From Auanema rhodensis (lineage: Eukaryota > Animalia > Nematoda): 64,000 bases of DNA. The stretch lies in NCBI GenBank assembly GCA_964057225.1, contig OZ059897.1, forward strand, positions 8,122,001 through 8,186,000. The letters run 5' to 3'. Position 1 is the first letter of the stretch, and each line of letters begins with the position of its first letter. Positions 29,201-46,077 of the stretch are shown here, piece by piece. The position numbers were made by a program, and so were the translations under genes. The notes beneath the pieces are model-generated. The model was not told the DNA's origin. It did not search any database and saw only the letters and a list, made by a program, of their open reading frames with translations.

Positions 29201-29259
29201 ACTTAACACCATGTAGTCAAATACCATCTATGGATTTATCCAAATGGAAGGAGTTTTAA
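23229..29259 (+). CDS. skpo-3: Secreted ShK-domain, Thr/Pro/Arg-rich, animal heme peroxidase (SKPO/MLT-7 family; probably skpo-3 ortholog); ~21 exons
   Basis: Signal exon 23229-23286 ([19 protein letters not shown]). ShK domain [18 protein letters not shown]|[17 protein letters not shown] (23907-24535). Peroxidase motifs RTMDGTCNN, distal His QFLSHD, AGDSRVN, proximal His [38 protein letters not shown]; stop 29257-29259. The skpo-3 assignment rests on adjacency to prx-13/lsm-4 (recalled C. elegans F32A5 neighbourhood); the family call is firmer than the symbol. Confidence 0.92.
25563..26225 (+). CDS. Mucin-like Thr-rich exon (221 codons) within the peroxidase gene, symmetric phase 2-2
   Basis: Acceptor tatttag|T at 25563, donor GA|gtaagt at 26225/26226, length 663 nt. 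Encodes [21 protein letters not shown]...(TTTTTP)n...AINGTEDE; frame-compatible with both flanking exons. Confidence 0.8.
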
Positions 29260-29803
29260 AAAGCATTTGAAAGACAGATAACAAAGAAAATATTATTAAT
29301 ATATAACCCTTTCAAAATGTTTCGAGATGTCTCAAAAAGTTTATATCGGTCAATGCGGGCTCAATCTCTTAGCCATTTGTTCTACTTGTGAATATATCTG
29401 TATGTATTCTTTATATCATGAGTTGTAGATTTTATTTTTAATTTTTTTTTATTTCGATGTTACTTGACTTGCTGCTTCAGCAGTGACAAGCACTTTGACA
29501 CTTAATATCTGACAACCGTTTACTATTCCGTTACAAATATAAAAATGATATTGTCAATTTATAAAAATATATAAATTAGTTGTTATAATTCTATTGCATT
29601 CGAACTTAAATATTATAAATTTTTCAAATTACGTGAAGTACACGCAGGAAAAGTGCGTGAACACGTGTCGTTATTTTCATTTAAGTTAATGCGTATACCG
29701 GTTGCACATGAAGAAAAAGAGCTGGTTTAACAATTTTACAATTTTATGAATTACATATTTCCAAAAGTATATTTACATCAAATGTACAAGATTAAAAAAC
29801 ATT

Positions 29804-31054
29804 TTACTTGAATGAATTTTCATACGTAGCAAAATTATATGCAGGTTGTTGTGGCGGTGGTGGAGATATTGACTTATGTCCAATAATTTTAACATAATTA
29901 ATTGGAACAAGACCAAGTTTACTACCATCTTGTGTACTGAAATTATAATATTACTGATATATACGAGAATCTAATTGCTAACCTGGCCAATAGCCATCCT
30001 CGAACTCTTGGTTGTTCTTCTTTTGGAGCAATTCGAAGGGTATCTCCTTTCATGAACGAAAGTTCTTGCTCACTTCCGGCTTGGAAGGTGAACAGGGTCT
30101 GAAAAACAAAAATAAAAGCCTTCTATAGAGTTATCACAATCACCTCAGCTGTATAATGAGCTCCGTTACCAGTGGCCCATTTTCTTTTCTCTTCAACAGA
30201 TTTAACCATTTGATCAATAAATTTGTAAATTAAATATGGTCCTCCTAAAGCTACAGTCCAGAAAAGAACAGTTGGCCAGCTGATAGCCTGATTTCTATCT
30301 GCTCCAAGCACATCAGCACCTTAAGTTTTAGTTGTGGATTATATCGATTACACAGAAAAAATAGTTCGAATACCATAAGGCTGTTTCAGTTCACCCCAAA
30401 TTTGCTCGGATGTGCTTGCGTAATTTTGTGGTTTAATTCTCAAAAAAGTGAGAATTTTTCTCCAAAGTCTAACTAAGAATTTAAAAAGGGAAAGTGAAAG
30501 AATTGCTGAACTAATCTGAAAAATTAAATAATAATAATATTTTAAGAACTGTATAATTGCCTGTAATTTTAAACGGCTGAATTGTTCTACAACACCAATT
30601 ACTGCACGAAATGAACTATAAACAGCATTATGTGTTGAACTAAGCATATTTGCTACGGAAGTAACTGCATTCACAACAGATTCTATTGATTGAAATGCTC
30701 CTCTGGATGATTCTTCGAAGAAAATAAGTTTAAACTAATATTTCGATGGGGGAATACCTTCAGCTAAACGAGCGAACGTCGTATCTTGTTGACCCATACC
30801 ATATCCACCATAAGGCATTGTAGGTAACAGAGAATTATTATACATTCCACCATGTCTAAACGAATAAGTTGATAAATGTCTAATGTTTTAAGGTTGTTTA
30901 CATACATTCCACCATAAGCATTATATCCTTGGCCATACCCCATGCCACCATATAAACTTGTTGAGCCCATATATCCTCCAAGATTCGTATTGGGATGTTC
31001 AAATGGTCGGGGTGGCAATGGAGGAGGATTAACTCCAGAGTTTGAAGGATCCAT
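29804..31054 (-). CDS. prx-13: Peroxin 13 (PEX13), C-terminal SH3 domain
   Basis: MDPSNSGVNPPPLPPRP...Gly/Tyr-rich...RLAEESSRGAFQSIESVVNAVTSVANMLSST...FRAVIGVVEQFSRLK...SWPTVLFWTVALGGPYLIYK...SH3 (GDTLRIAPKEEQPRVRGWLL...GLVPINYVKI); stop 29804-29806. Confidence 0.95.
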
Positions 31055-31409
31055 CTTCAAAATTACAATATTGTAATAAAAGAACAAAGAAAATAACAGT
31101 TAAAACGTAGTACACAGACAGTTTAAATGGGGGAACCTGATGGTCTGATCAATCAATAAGGCAATGTGATAAGAACGTCAGAACCCGATACCCGTTATAC
31201 ACTATATTGTAGTTTAGTTGGTTAAAAAGAGTATAATGGAGCCAATATTTCTTTATTTGGAAGGAAACAATGCATCATCATGAACTTGTTAAAATGGAAT
31301 TATTCAGTGACTTAACAATCTTAAAAAACAAATTAAAACAGAAAATGATGAAGGATGTAAGACTAAGAAACCCGTAACGCTGGGAGACGAAGTTTCATCA
31401 AAAGCCCAC

Positions 31410-31982
31410 TTATCGTTGTCCTCCATATCCTCCACGTCCACCGCCTCTTGGGTTTGAGTTTTGTGAGCGGTTGGCATTAGCCATTTGTTTTCTAGTTCTT
31501 TGCATATCTTTTTGTTGGCGACGGACTTCATTAACCTCGTTCTTGACCAAATCAACTACCTATAGTTACATGTTATCATAGAGTTGCATAATAATATATT
31601 TGCTTACGGAATCAGGAATTCGAAGATACTTAATCGTTGATCCACGAACAAATACTTCAGGCATTTTGAAGAATTTATCTCCATCCTGAAAAATATCTAT
31701 TATGTAATGTAGGTCAGTAAAATCTTACTTTAGATGTGAAGATTACATCTCTAAGATGAATATTCATCCATGAATCGCAAGATTGCAAGTGTCCGTTATA
31801 AGTTTCGCCTAAAAGTTCAAACAACATATATATATATAATGTAAAAAGAAACAAACCATTCTTTAATTCTACGAGCATAGGATGGTTTTGAGCAGTACGA
31901 AGGAGAGATAAGGGAAGCTGAAATAAACATGTATATATTCAAATAAATAACTAAAAAAAATTTAAATTAAACATACCACCAT
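31410..31982 (-). CDS. lsm-4: U6 snRNA-associated Sm-like protein LSm4
   Basis: MV|[21 protein letters not shown]|[26 protein letters not shown]|[26 protein letters not shown]|VVDLVK...[12 protein letters not shown]; RGG tail; TTTTCAG acceptor just upstream of the ATG. Confidence 0.97.
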
Positions 31983-32792
31983 GGTTTTCAGAAGTTTAAG
32001 TCACTGAAAAAATATAAAATAAGAAGTAATATAATCAATGTAACACAATAAGTAGTATTAATTGCAATCAAGCAATTGAGTAACAGAACATAAGTAAATT
32101 AAGAAAAGGAAAATTCGTAACGAGCAGGAAATCTAATTGAAACATAATGATGAAGAATATTGGAGCAATATTTGCTGGAATAGTTGCAACAGAAATATTT
32201 GAACAAGTTTAGACAACAGTTCTGAAGAGAGTTCATTTGGTATTTAATCACTAATACTACTAACAAATATGTCATATACAAATTATTTAATAAAATAAAA
32301 ATGCCTAATTCTACACTTTTTGAAAAGCTAATAAAATATGATAGAATATAAATTTTTAATTATCAGCACAGCCGCGCCAGAAACCGTTTGAAAGAAAAAT
32401 GACGTACTAGTAATGGGAACCTCCTAATTATTGATTTTTGGTCTAGTCTTCTTTTTGCATTTCAATATTTGGCTGCTATTTGTTATATTTTTATAAAACT
32501 TAGAAAGTAAACAATAAAAATAGTTTTGATATAAGTATTCGTTGAATAAATTGAATTCAAAGGCTATTTAGCATACTGTCCGCAGCTATTGTTCACGTAA
32601 ATTTGCGTATGTGTATGTGGATGTCTTACGCTCAATATTTTCCATCTAATGAAAGTTTCCGGTTTCTAAGTTGAAATTCTGTGAAACGACTAATTTAAAT
32701 GGATCAAACTGCTCTTGAATAGTTGATATACTTCCGTTTTATATTGAAAATGCAATTAGACTTTCATTTTTTCTTAATTATGAAATTTCAGG
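31983..32792. promoter_or_regulatory. Divergent (bidirectional) promoter region between lsm-4 and KRI1
   Basis: Head-to-head housekeeping genes 810 bp apart; both have TTTCAG acceptors near the ATG; a short GC-rich core (gccgcgcc) at ~32371. Confidence 0.55.
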
Positions 32793-35764
<2,972 letters not shown>

Positions 35765-35965
35765 ATTAGGAATCTTAATTTTAAATTTTATCTATATTTT
35801 TTCACAATTTGTTGTCTGTTATTGTTACTGTTATTGCGTGATTGTTAAACTATGCTTTTTCGCTGCATTATCATTGATTAATGGTTTTTTGCCATTCAGC
35901 ATTTATTTTCTCCTCTTCTTCTTAGTTAATTGTGTTTAACCTTTTTTTCTCGTAGGAGTAGCATA

Positions 35966-36852
<887 letters not shown>

Positions 36853-37247
36853 GTAAATAATCTTTGTATCTCATTTTTTATGTGGAGTATCTGTTTAACA
36901 TTGTACAGAATTCTTTATTTTCTCTGCAAAGAACGAGTTTCCTGTGAAGATTTACTGTGATTTTTAAGTTTGTTTCACCCTTTCCTAATCCAATGTCTAA
37001 CTAGCAATGCACTGGGCTTCGTAGTTGGCATAACACATGTTTCTTCTATGGATAATAACTATTTTTCAACTATATTGCAATTATTGTAACTTATAATTAT
37101 AATTATCAAACATTCTGGGCTATCAAATTTATGGTAAATTAATTAAACATGCCAGCTTCATATTGTTTTGTGCAAATAAACAATATACAATTAGTTAAAA
37201 CGAGATCGTATTCTATTTAGGAAAGATTGTATAAAGAAAAGAAAAGA

Positions 37248-38295
37248 TTACTTCGATTTGCCTTTCTTTGAGCCTTTCTTATTCTCTTTGCCATACTTGG
37301 AAGCTAAGTTATCGAAGAAAGAATCCATGGAAGCTTGACGACCTTGTTGTCGTTTCAATATCAAAGCTTGTAAGGAGTCGTCTCCTTCCTAAAATTATGG
37401 CTATAGCAGAATAACGAATATTGTCTAACTTGTTTCTTGATTCTTTTCAGCTCTTCTTCAGCTTCCTTGGCTTCTTTTTGTCCTTTTCTCTTCCGAGTCG
37501 CAGTTTTCTTCTGAACATTTCGGAAAACGATTAGAAAAAACAGAAATTTACTTCTTACTTCAGATGTAGACGACTTGAATTTCTTGGTTTCCTTCAAAGT
37601 GCCATCAACAATGAGATCATTAATAATACCCTAAAATCAATAAGAGTATAAGAAATACATGCGTTAGAAAACCTTAATTCTTGGTTCGTCCTCGTTGTTT
37701 GTGCCCATTACATGACACATGATCTTGCCCATATCACCGTCCCAGCGGTTATATTCAGCAATAATATCTTGCTTTTCTTCTTCTGTGTCTAAAGATAGAA
37801 TAACATACAATTTTAAATAAAAATATTAAATAAATAAACCTTTATATTCATTGATAAACTTTTCAATATCTTCCAAAGTAACTTTCTTGAAAACCTTACG
37901 CCACATGTTCAAAGCTTCTTCATTCTCCAAAACTCCTTCATCGTCGACAACACCTTAAAAATATTATAAATGAATTATGGAAATTGTGGATCAGCAGTAC
38001 CAGTTTCATCATAAATTTTTCTTTTTTCCTTGTCTGACAGAACTTCATAAGCTTTAGAAATCAATTGGAACATAGCAGTAGCTTCTTCTTTTGACGAAGC
38101 TGATTCATCAACTTTATCTGGATGCCATTTCATGGACAGCTTATAATAAGCCTTTTTAACTTAAAAAAATCTTTCATTAGCTGACAACAAGAAGAAATTA
38201 ACAAAACCTTCAGAAGCTGTAGCAGTATTGGAAATCCTGAAGACTTCATATAGATCCTTAGTTTTAAAATGCTTTTCACATTCATTTAACAGCAT
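37248..38295 (-). CDS. dnj-23: DnaJ homolog subfamily C member 9 (DNAJC9-like histone co-chaperone)
   Basis: [19 protein letters not shown]...[15 protein letters not shown]...[24 protein letters not shown]...[16 protein letters not shown]...EEEKQDII...EAKEAEE...LQALILKRQ...[12 protein letters not shown]; J-domain HPD and DNAJC9-type C-terminus. Confidence 0.93.
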
Positions 38296-39044
38296 ATTTT
38301 CAACAGGTTTACTACAAATGAGTTGTATTAGAAATATAAAAATAATTAAAATAGTTAAAATGAATATATGATAAATTCAAATAAATATACGCAATAGAAC
38401 ACTGAAGTATACTGTATTGTGTTCATAGTACTGCTAAGGCTAGTATGAGTATTAGTTTTCAAATCTTTGTACTTTAACAATTCCCTAATGCATTTTTGTA
38501 TTAAAAAAAAAAGAAATATATAATAACTAAACTATTAGTAAATACTTATGATTTGCTAAATTGTATGATGTTTTTTTTCTTCTGCATAACTGGTCAGCAA
38601 TAGGGCATACCGAAAAGTGATAACTAGTAATTCTAGAAATCTTTGTATAAATTAATGCAGAATATGGGAAATATTTTTTGGCTTGTATTGGTACTTCCTC
38701 CATGCTTATAGTGGGGGTTGCTCATGCTATTAGCTTATTCGTCTGAGGAGCAGGTTACAAAAAGGGTTGGCCCTGCCGATACTGATTCATCCTGCATATG
38801 AACGAATAGCTTAAAACAGTATGAAGTTTTCAGGCATATGTATGTTTATTATTTATTTCCCAGATATTTTTTTAGGATTTATGTTACAATATACCAATTG
38901 ATGACTAAAAAATCGTCTGTTATTTAGTTAAATGTTTTAATTGAATCAATTATTTGTATTAAATCTTAAGCACACAAATAAATAAATTAATACATTAAGT
39001 GATTGATTATATTTTAAATTATTTTGTTCATATTAACATTCTGG

Positions 39045-40690
39045 CTAATCTAATCTGGCTGGCAAGCTTGAGACACGAGTCTAAGAAACGAAAACTTTGA
39101 AATACATAAGATCAGAATAGCAAATACCTGAGTTTGAGGCATGTTCACAAACGGCACTTTTGCAATTTTTATTTCAAATAGAAAACAAGTTGATAAGTCT
39201 GAAAGTGACATGTCCTAAGATAAGCTGAACACATTAATTTATTCTTACCCATCACAAATTGCTCTCTTATATTTGAATTTAAGAGAATAATACCAACTGT
39301 ATTTGCTATTCCATGAAGTTGACTGACGGTTATAAGCCAATGTGATACATCTATAAGCATTATAGTTTATATTAACTCTTATAATATAAGCAAAATACTA
39401 AGTGAAACTGGTATATCAAATATTAAAATTGTAAAAATTAAAACAGAAGGAATTGAGAGCGTGATAACTGGAACTAAAGTCTGAAATAAATGAAAATAAT
39501 ACGTCGATATTCAGAATGTGGATATATACTTCAAATAAATAGAATTTTATTTATTTTTTTATTTATAAAAAAAAAACAAATTTGAAAATAAAAAAAGAAT
39601 TAAGAGACGTACCTGTAATTCTAGAGCTCGCAGTGTTGCACGATGTACTGCCAATGCTTTTTTTGACATATTTTTCTTATTATTTAGATGACATGTTATT
39701 AAATATTTAAAAAGTATAAGAAAAAATGTTAGAGTAACAGCATTAAAAGCATAAATGCTCATATGAATTTGAAGTATAACTTCATTTCGAAATCTACCCA
39801 TATTATATACATTAGGTATATATTGAAATAAACGATATGATGAACATGACTATAAATAAAAAAAAGTTATAAAAAGGTTGATGAAGTTGCAGATGAATAT
39901 TTAAAACTTGAATGAATATATAACAAACTTGAATGAGAATATCTAGTTTTGGATCTTTATCAATAGTACTATAACTTATAATAAAGTATGGTAGAGGAAA
40001 TATTAGAAGTAATGTTGTAATACTTAAGCGATATGACCAAGATGAGAAACTAGGTTGTGATGTACGAATAAGCCAATAACGATAATAAAATAATATAATA
40101 CAAATACCAAAAAATATATAATGAACTGTTGCTGTTAAATGTAATTGATATGGAAATGGAATTTGAGTATAATTCATAACTCCAATCGAGTATCCAGATA
40201 ATAAAGGTAAATATAAGACGGGAGTCTAGAAGAAAAAAAGAATTTTTTTCAGTTTTTAGAGGTTTTCTGAATTTTTATGATTTTTTCTGATTTTTTTCTG
40301 AATTTTTCCGAATTTTTCCGAATTTTTCTGAATTTTTTTTGAATTTTTCTGAGTTTTTCTGAATTTTTTTTGAATTTTTCTGAGTTTTTCTGATTTTTTC
40401 TATATTTTAATGAAATATACACTTACAGTTATACTTGATATAGTTATACCAGATAACATACTAGACAAATGATATGTATAAATATAGGTACGGAAACTGC
40501 CAAGATACTCAGGAAGTCGTTTGTCCATCAGATGAGAACAATATGCTCCAAATATCAAGGTTATACTTCCAATCAGATGTGAAGCTACAAAGAACCATGT
40601 CTTTGCTGCCTTAACATCACTTGTTGGACAGTATCCAAGAGGATATGCTGACGTATTTAGTGAATGCTGTGCATGATCCATGAGCATCAT
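39045..40690 (-). CDS. Serpentine 7TM chemoreceptor, Str superfamily (Srh/Sri-like); appears intact after splicing
   Basis: Hydrophobic exons: ...HLIGSITLIFGAYC...|TPVLYLPLYSGYSIG...ILFYYRY...|...MSKKALAVHRATLRALELQ|TLVPVITLSIP...SQLHGIANTVGIILLNSNIRE. The MS..T/A...H/Q...L.AL..Q and HG..NT motifs are typical. The last two small exons (to TAG 39045-39047) are tentative. Confidence 0.8.
40240..40400. repeat. ~10-bp periodic T-tract minisatellite (consensus ~AATTTTTCTG), PATC-like, in chemoreceptor intron 40226-40426
   Basis: About 16 imperfect units, e.g. aatttttccg aatttttccg aatttttctg aatttttttt gaatttttct gagtttttct. Confidence 0.85.
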
Positions 40691-43600
40691 TAGTGTTTTT
40701 CTCTATATATTAGTATTACACTGATTATAATTCTTAATAAAACATATAATAATAACATAAGTAATACAGATAAATCTAAGAAATATGAGAAATGAAGAAG
40801 ATTTCATAGACTTTGTTATCAAAATGTTGGTCATGTTTGCAAAAATATTAATGTAACAAGAATCAATTGGTACCTGATCTTGTTTTGTACTTATTAAGTA
40901 TTTTATACTTAAATATAATATTAATTATTATAATATATGAACTAGTTAAGTATATAAAAAAAAAAACAAATTATTTTCTCAAATTTCTGTGTTTTTTAAG
41001 TTTTAAGTTTTTTTCACTTAATATGAAGTTCAAAAATCGAAGTTATGTTGGCAAACTTTTTTTTTTCAACAAAAAAATTACAATCACTAGATTATATTTT
41101 TATTTAATTTTTTAATATTAACTAACACTAATTATTTTACTATACAAATACATTTTAATAATTAAAAATATAATTTCATATAAAAAAAAAAAGAAAAAAA
41201 AAAGAGAAGAAAATAGCTCAATTTCATTCTAAAAAAGTTTGTTTGAATAGAGGAAATGACGAAATAAAATATAATTTTGCATCGTGTTATGATGATATCT
41301 ATTGTTATAATTAGTAAAGCAACACAAATCGTAAAATAATACAAAAAATAAATGAAAAAAATAGTTTAAAAGATATTAGAATATTATATTTGAATTAATA
41401 AATAACTTTTATTTACTGTTCTCATCTCATAATTTGGCAGTTTTGTACTATTTTTTTTCAAAAACCATGACATATTTTGTCAAATAATTATGAAATTTGT
41501 GTATTTATATTTTTTAATATTAGAATGAAGATATTTGTATGAAATTGATGTTTAATGGTTTAAAATTTTATTTTTTCCAATTATAAAACTTCAAATTAAC
41601 AAAAGAATTCAAATCTAGTTTTGCATAGAATAAAATGAAATTTCTGTTGATTTCCATTTATTTTTATAAAAAATATTCCTTTACCAACTTTAATGTGTTA
41701 TATGTATGTTTTGCAATTTCTAAACGTTAGTAGAATTCTGAAATTTGAGGAAAAAATTACGATAAGAGTAAGAAAATGACTTTTCATCTTTTGCTCTTAT
41801 TTGTTCTTCAAATTTGTCAGTTTTTCCTTTTTTTTTTCGTTCTCTGTTGACCAGGTCATTAAATCGTAAGTGGAACTCTTCCACGCCGTAAGATAATCTG
41901 TATTCTTTAATAGGCAAAAAAAGTTTAAAAAACATAGAATTTGCTAAAAATAGAAAAGATATGATGAAATTAAAATATTTGAGTTCACTTCAAGAAGATA
42001 AATTAAGATAACCTTAAAAAGGTTAGAAAAAAAAGATGTTTTTGTACTATTTCTCATCAGAATCAATACAGTAGTGAAGGAAAACTTGAAAATGCTCTGT
42101 ATAGATAGAATATTCTATTTCTATTTATAGTATGAGATAAGTTTTTTGTTCTTTTTAAGTTTTTTTTTTCAACACAACCGCTCATGCAACTGCTAATATT
42201 GACCAGTCATTCCCATCAAATCACTCACTCACGTGATGTATTCACGTGAGACGACCATGTCGGTGCTTCGGTTTTGGAAAAAAATTTGAACTCTCATCAG
42301 ACTCAAGTCCGGTTAAGCGTTTTTTTCTAAATTTTTCTAAGGAAGTTCAAGCGAACATTCGACGTCATCTCAATGAGAGAAGCCGGATGAAAACAGCATG
42401 TATTGTCTGCATGTTCTCTTCACAATATCAAGCTTATCGACGACATGACTCACTGCACTGCCACAACCAGATCGGAGCAGTCCTTTGAAAACCTTCCAAC
42501 GATGACTCTAACGTCTGAATGTGACGAGAAGCTGCAAATCCAGATTTCACGCGGTTCCAGAAAACAGTTAAATGACGCATGATGTCATTGCAATGACAAC
42601 GATGTGCGTGTTTATTGCTCATGAGCAGCTTGTTGCTCAAATTCAATTGAACTGGATGAGAGATTGCGCAGGCAAAATAGGGCAAAAATAAAAGATGATG
42701 ATGATGATGATCTATGTGAAACTTCAATATAAATTTATTTATTATATCATTTCAAATACCAACACTAACCGGACTGTGCTCACAACAATGAGCTCAGTTT
42801 AATAGAAATCTTGCTAAGGAACCTGTATGTGAACGAAGGTTGTGGACTTTCAGACGATTTTTTAAAGCAGGTGAAGGGGAAGCGAAGGTCAATCAAAGCA
42901 GAGCAAACGATTTCTCCATATATTTGAAAACATTTTTTTCCCATATTTGTCGACGAGAATTTATCTCTGAGACCTCCATCGCCTACTCAATCGTTTTGCT
43001 AGTCTATCTCGATGTATTGCTATTCTCAGCCACAATACAATAGCAAAAAATTTATTTTAACATCCAACATCAACAAGGACCTATTTCCTATTTAGTTCAA
43101 TCGTTTGATCTTTCTGCATGGTGTAATCGATGTATGAGGCTTTCATGAATTTGATAATGTTTGTGACTTCGTGGAGTTGGAGTTGATGTGAGTATGGTTG
43201 CTGAGCAGCTTGAGTGAGATTCACGGAGATAACAACAATGAGGACGACGATCACAACGTAGATGAGCTAGCTTTTTGCACGGGCTCATTGATATACAGGA
43301 TGACAGGATAACAGCGTGCAAGATGTTGCATTCTAAATACTTTAGATTTCACTGATTTTCCTTCTTCTTCTCCTTCTTCTTCTTCTGTTTCTAGCCATCA
43401 TCCAGAAACATCTTCATTGTCTTCTTCACCACTTTCATGCTTGTTTGAACAAATAGATGGCAGTCCGAATGAAAAACCATGGTCTATGTAGTGCAAGATA
43501 GATTGCAACGATGTCGAAAAAATGCAAAAGTCAAGACAAAAAATCGGAGAAAATTGTCTGTTCTGAAGATTTCCAGATAGAAAAAGCATAACATTAACGA

Positions 43601-44339
43601 TGTACAAACCAACGTTGTCCGATTTGAACACAAAGTTTTCCGTTTCTTGTCAAACAAAATCGTTTTGAACAAAAGGTCAAGCTATTACAATCTGATGAGA
43701 GAAAAGCAAATGTGTTTAGTCTTAAATGGAAAATCACATTATTTTTTCATTTTTCTTTCATCTTTTCAGCTTTTCTGCTTGTCTGTAATCTCTTGTGAAC
43801 TTCAAATTTTCATTTTCTCTCACCGTGTTCGTTTATTGGAATTCCAAAAAATACAGCCAAGTTGTTATCTCCTCTGCTTTTGGTCAGTGCTCTGTATCCA
43901 AAATGAACATAAAAAGCTTCCAAAAAAAACTTTAAACAGACTACGTTGAAAGCAAGAGGATGATGAGTACGAAACGAGAAATTGAATGAAAAAGATGAAG
44001 AAGTATACTGTATTTGATCACTGAAATGATCAATTTTGAAGTGAAAGATGCTTCCATCGACTGTACCTGTATTCAAATAATCAAAGAAGAAATTGGACTA
44101 AATCCGTTTGCCAAGAGAGTTGGTCAACTGATAACTTCTTTTCATAATTTGCTTTTTCTTTCTTGTTAATCGCAACAGATCAAAGAAGAAAAGCAAAGAT
44201 CATTTAGCATCTTAGTTTCAGATCAAGTGCTGGAGAATTTTGTGAATTTGATCGAACGGATTCCACAATCAAAAACTTGAGAAAAATGAGAAAATCAGGG
44301 AAAATAAGAGAGATTGTTTACTATAAAAGATGTGCTTCT

Positions 44340-46000
44340 TATCAAACGATGAAGCCGGTCCAGATCTGTAGCTTCAAAGGTTTTTGTGCTATGTGAGCTC
44401 GGGCGTGGCATCCGGTCTAGGTGGGGTCCTGTTTACCGTTCAACATAGCTTCTGATATTGATAATAGTGGACGAGTAGTGGACTCTGTGTGATGAAAGAG
44501 AAGACTATTGTTGCGTAATTTTGTTTTTTTTTCGTGAACAAAACAAAAAGAAAAATGGAAAACTAATGAATATCATTCTGACTTCATACTAGATTTGAGT
44601 AACGCAGCACGGGTAATGTGTCTAACGCAATTCAGACGCCAGATTCCTGCCATACCTTCGATGTGTCTTTGTTGTTCTTTGTATACTGATGGGCTTACTA
44701 GAAAATCAGTGCTCTCAATTTAAAATTCTTTTTAGATTAGGCACCGATTCCATCAGTTTATGCTTTCGAATGAAATATTTCGGACAAAAGAAGATGCTCT
44801 CTAATGATTATGTTCTCTCTTTCTTTTTCTCTCAATTTCGCGTTCACCTCTTAATACTCTCAGGCTTTCTCTCTTTCAACATTTTGTTCATAACAGATAT
44901 GAAGTTGAATATCGAAGAGTATAGAGAAAGATGAGATTCAGGTTGGCGACCGAAAAGGGTCATCCGGTCCAACTGGACGCGGCGCCGACCGGAATTTTTA
45001 GTTCCGGAGAGAGTAGAGACAAAGAAACCTAATTGAGAGAGGAGCCAATCGCTTCGTCGGAAGGAAAAAAGTGCCTGAGGGCATAATATGAAGAAGTAGA
45101 CAGCTAAAAATGGAAAATAGCACAATGTTTCAAGAAACAATACATCTTGACGTTTTTACGAAATCGGAGAATCAAGGATCCTATTGCGTTGTTGTTACGT
45201 CTTGTTCGATTTTGAGCATTTTTTTTAATTTTAAAGAAGAGGCCGATTCGAAACGATCTATTCACGCAACAGTTCAATTATTTTTAAAAAATATTCGAAT
45301 ATATCTACAGAAAAATAATTTTTTTACGGAAAATATAGTGGGGAAGACGTATCAATTGAGCTGATTTCGGATGCTACTGCTCAGCAAACTGTTTGAGACT
45401 TAAATTGAAACTTAAATGAAAGTTATAACTTTGAAATCATAAAACTGTAAACTTTGAAATATGCGTAAGCATGCTGAGTAACTGCTTAGCCAGGAAAATA
45501 ATGTGAAACATGCTGTACTAACAGGCTTGTATACTGTAATCAAGTTTTCAACAATTGAAATATTGTTAGTTTTCATAAACAACTTCAAGATTTCTTTTTG
45601 ATTGAAATTTCAAGATTATTCAGGTGTAACCTGACGTTCGTATTCTAATTTGTTCAATGATGACGTGGCAAAAAAAGAATTGCTCTTCGAAGGTTGCAAG
45701 AACTCAGCTAATGAATTACACAAGATCATGCATACGGAAGACGTCATCAACGGCACCTCCAACACAAGATTCTGAAGAGGCTAAATCGGAATTTGTCGTT
45801 TTCCTTCTGCTCTCTCTCAAAATGACACCAACTATCTTATGCGACAGCGGGTACGAGAGCAGATTCCGCCACGCCTACAGTTCGTTCTGTTCGCCTGAGG
45901 GTATAGAAAAGGGGCGTGGCGAGAGCTGAGTCATGGCTAGACCGGATCCGGCTGGGACCGAATAAAAGCAGGTGAAGCTGCTTGGTCAGGGAGAAGAGTG
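44340..46000. promoter_or_regulatory. Candidate enhancer/promoter of the ABU/PQN gene with repeated GGGCGTGGC and ATCCGGTCTAG motifs and an AP-1 site
   Basis: GGGCGTGGC at 44401 and 45912; ATCCGGTCTAG at 44410-44420 and its reverse complement at 45937-45947; TGAGTCA at 45927; TATA-like elements at ~45902 and ~45962. Confidence 0.45.
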
Positions 46001-46077
46001 ACACAGCTCATTCATCTGAGTACTCCAGAAACACAACTCTCGCAGTTACCTTTATCTCAATTATTCTACACCTGAAA

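Noticed and set aside
39812-40177. Apparent premature stop suggesting a chemoreceptor pseudogene
   Set aside because: Removed by a GT-AG intron (~39851-39928) that restores the frame (..ILIQ|SCSSYRLF..).
43940-44076. SIFHFKIDHFSDQIQYTS, reminiscent of the start of a MATH domain
   Set aside because: No following conserved Trp or strand pattern, and no linked exons.
44620-44642. AACGCAATTCAGAC resembling RNase P RNA conserved region V
   Set aside because: No matching CR-I (GGAAnnUCUG) upstream to form P4.
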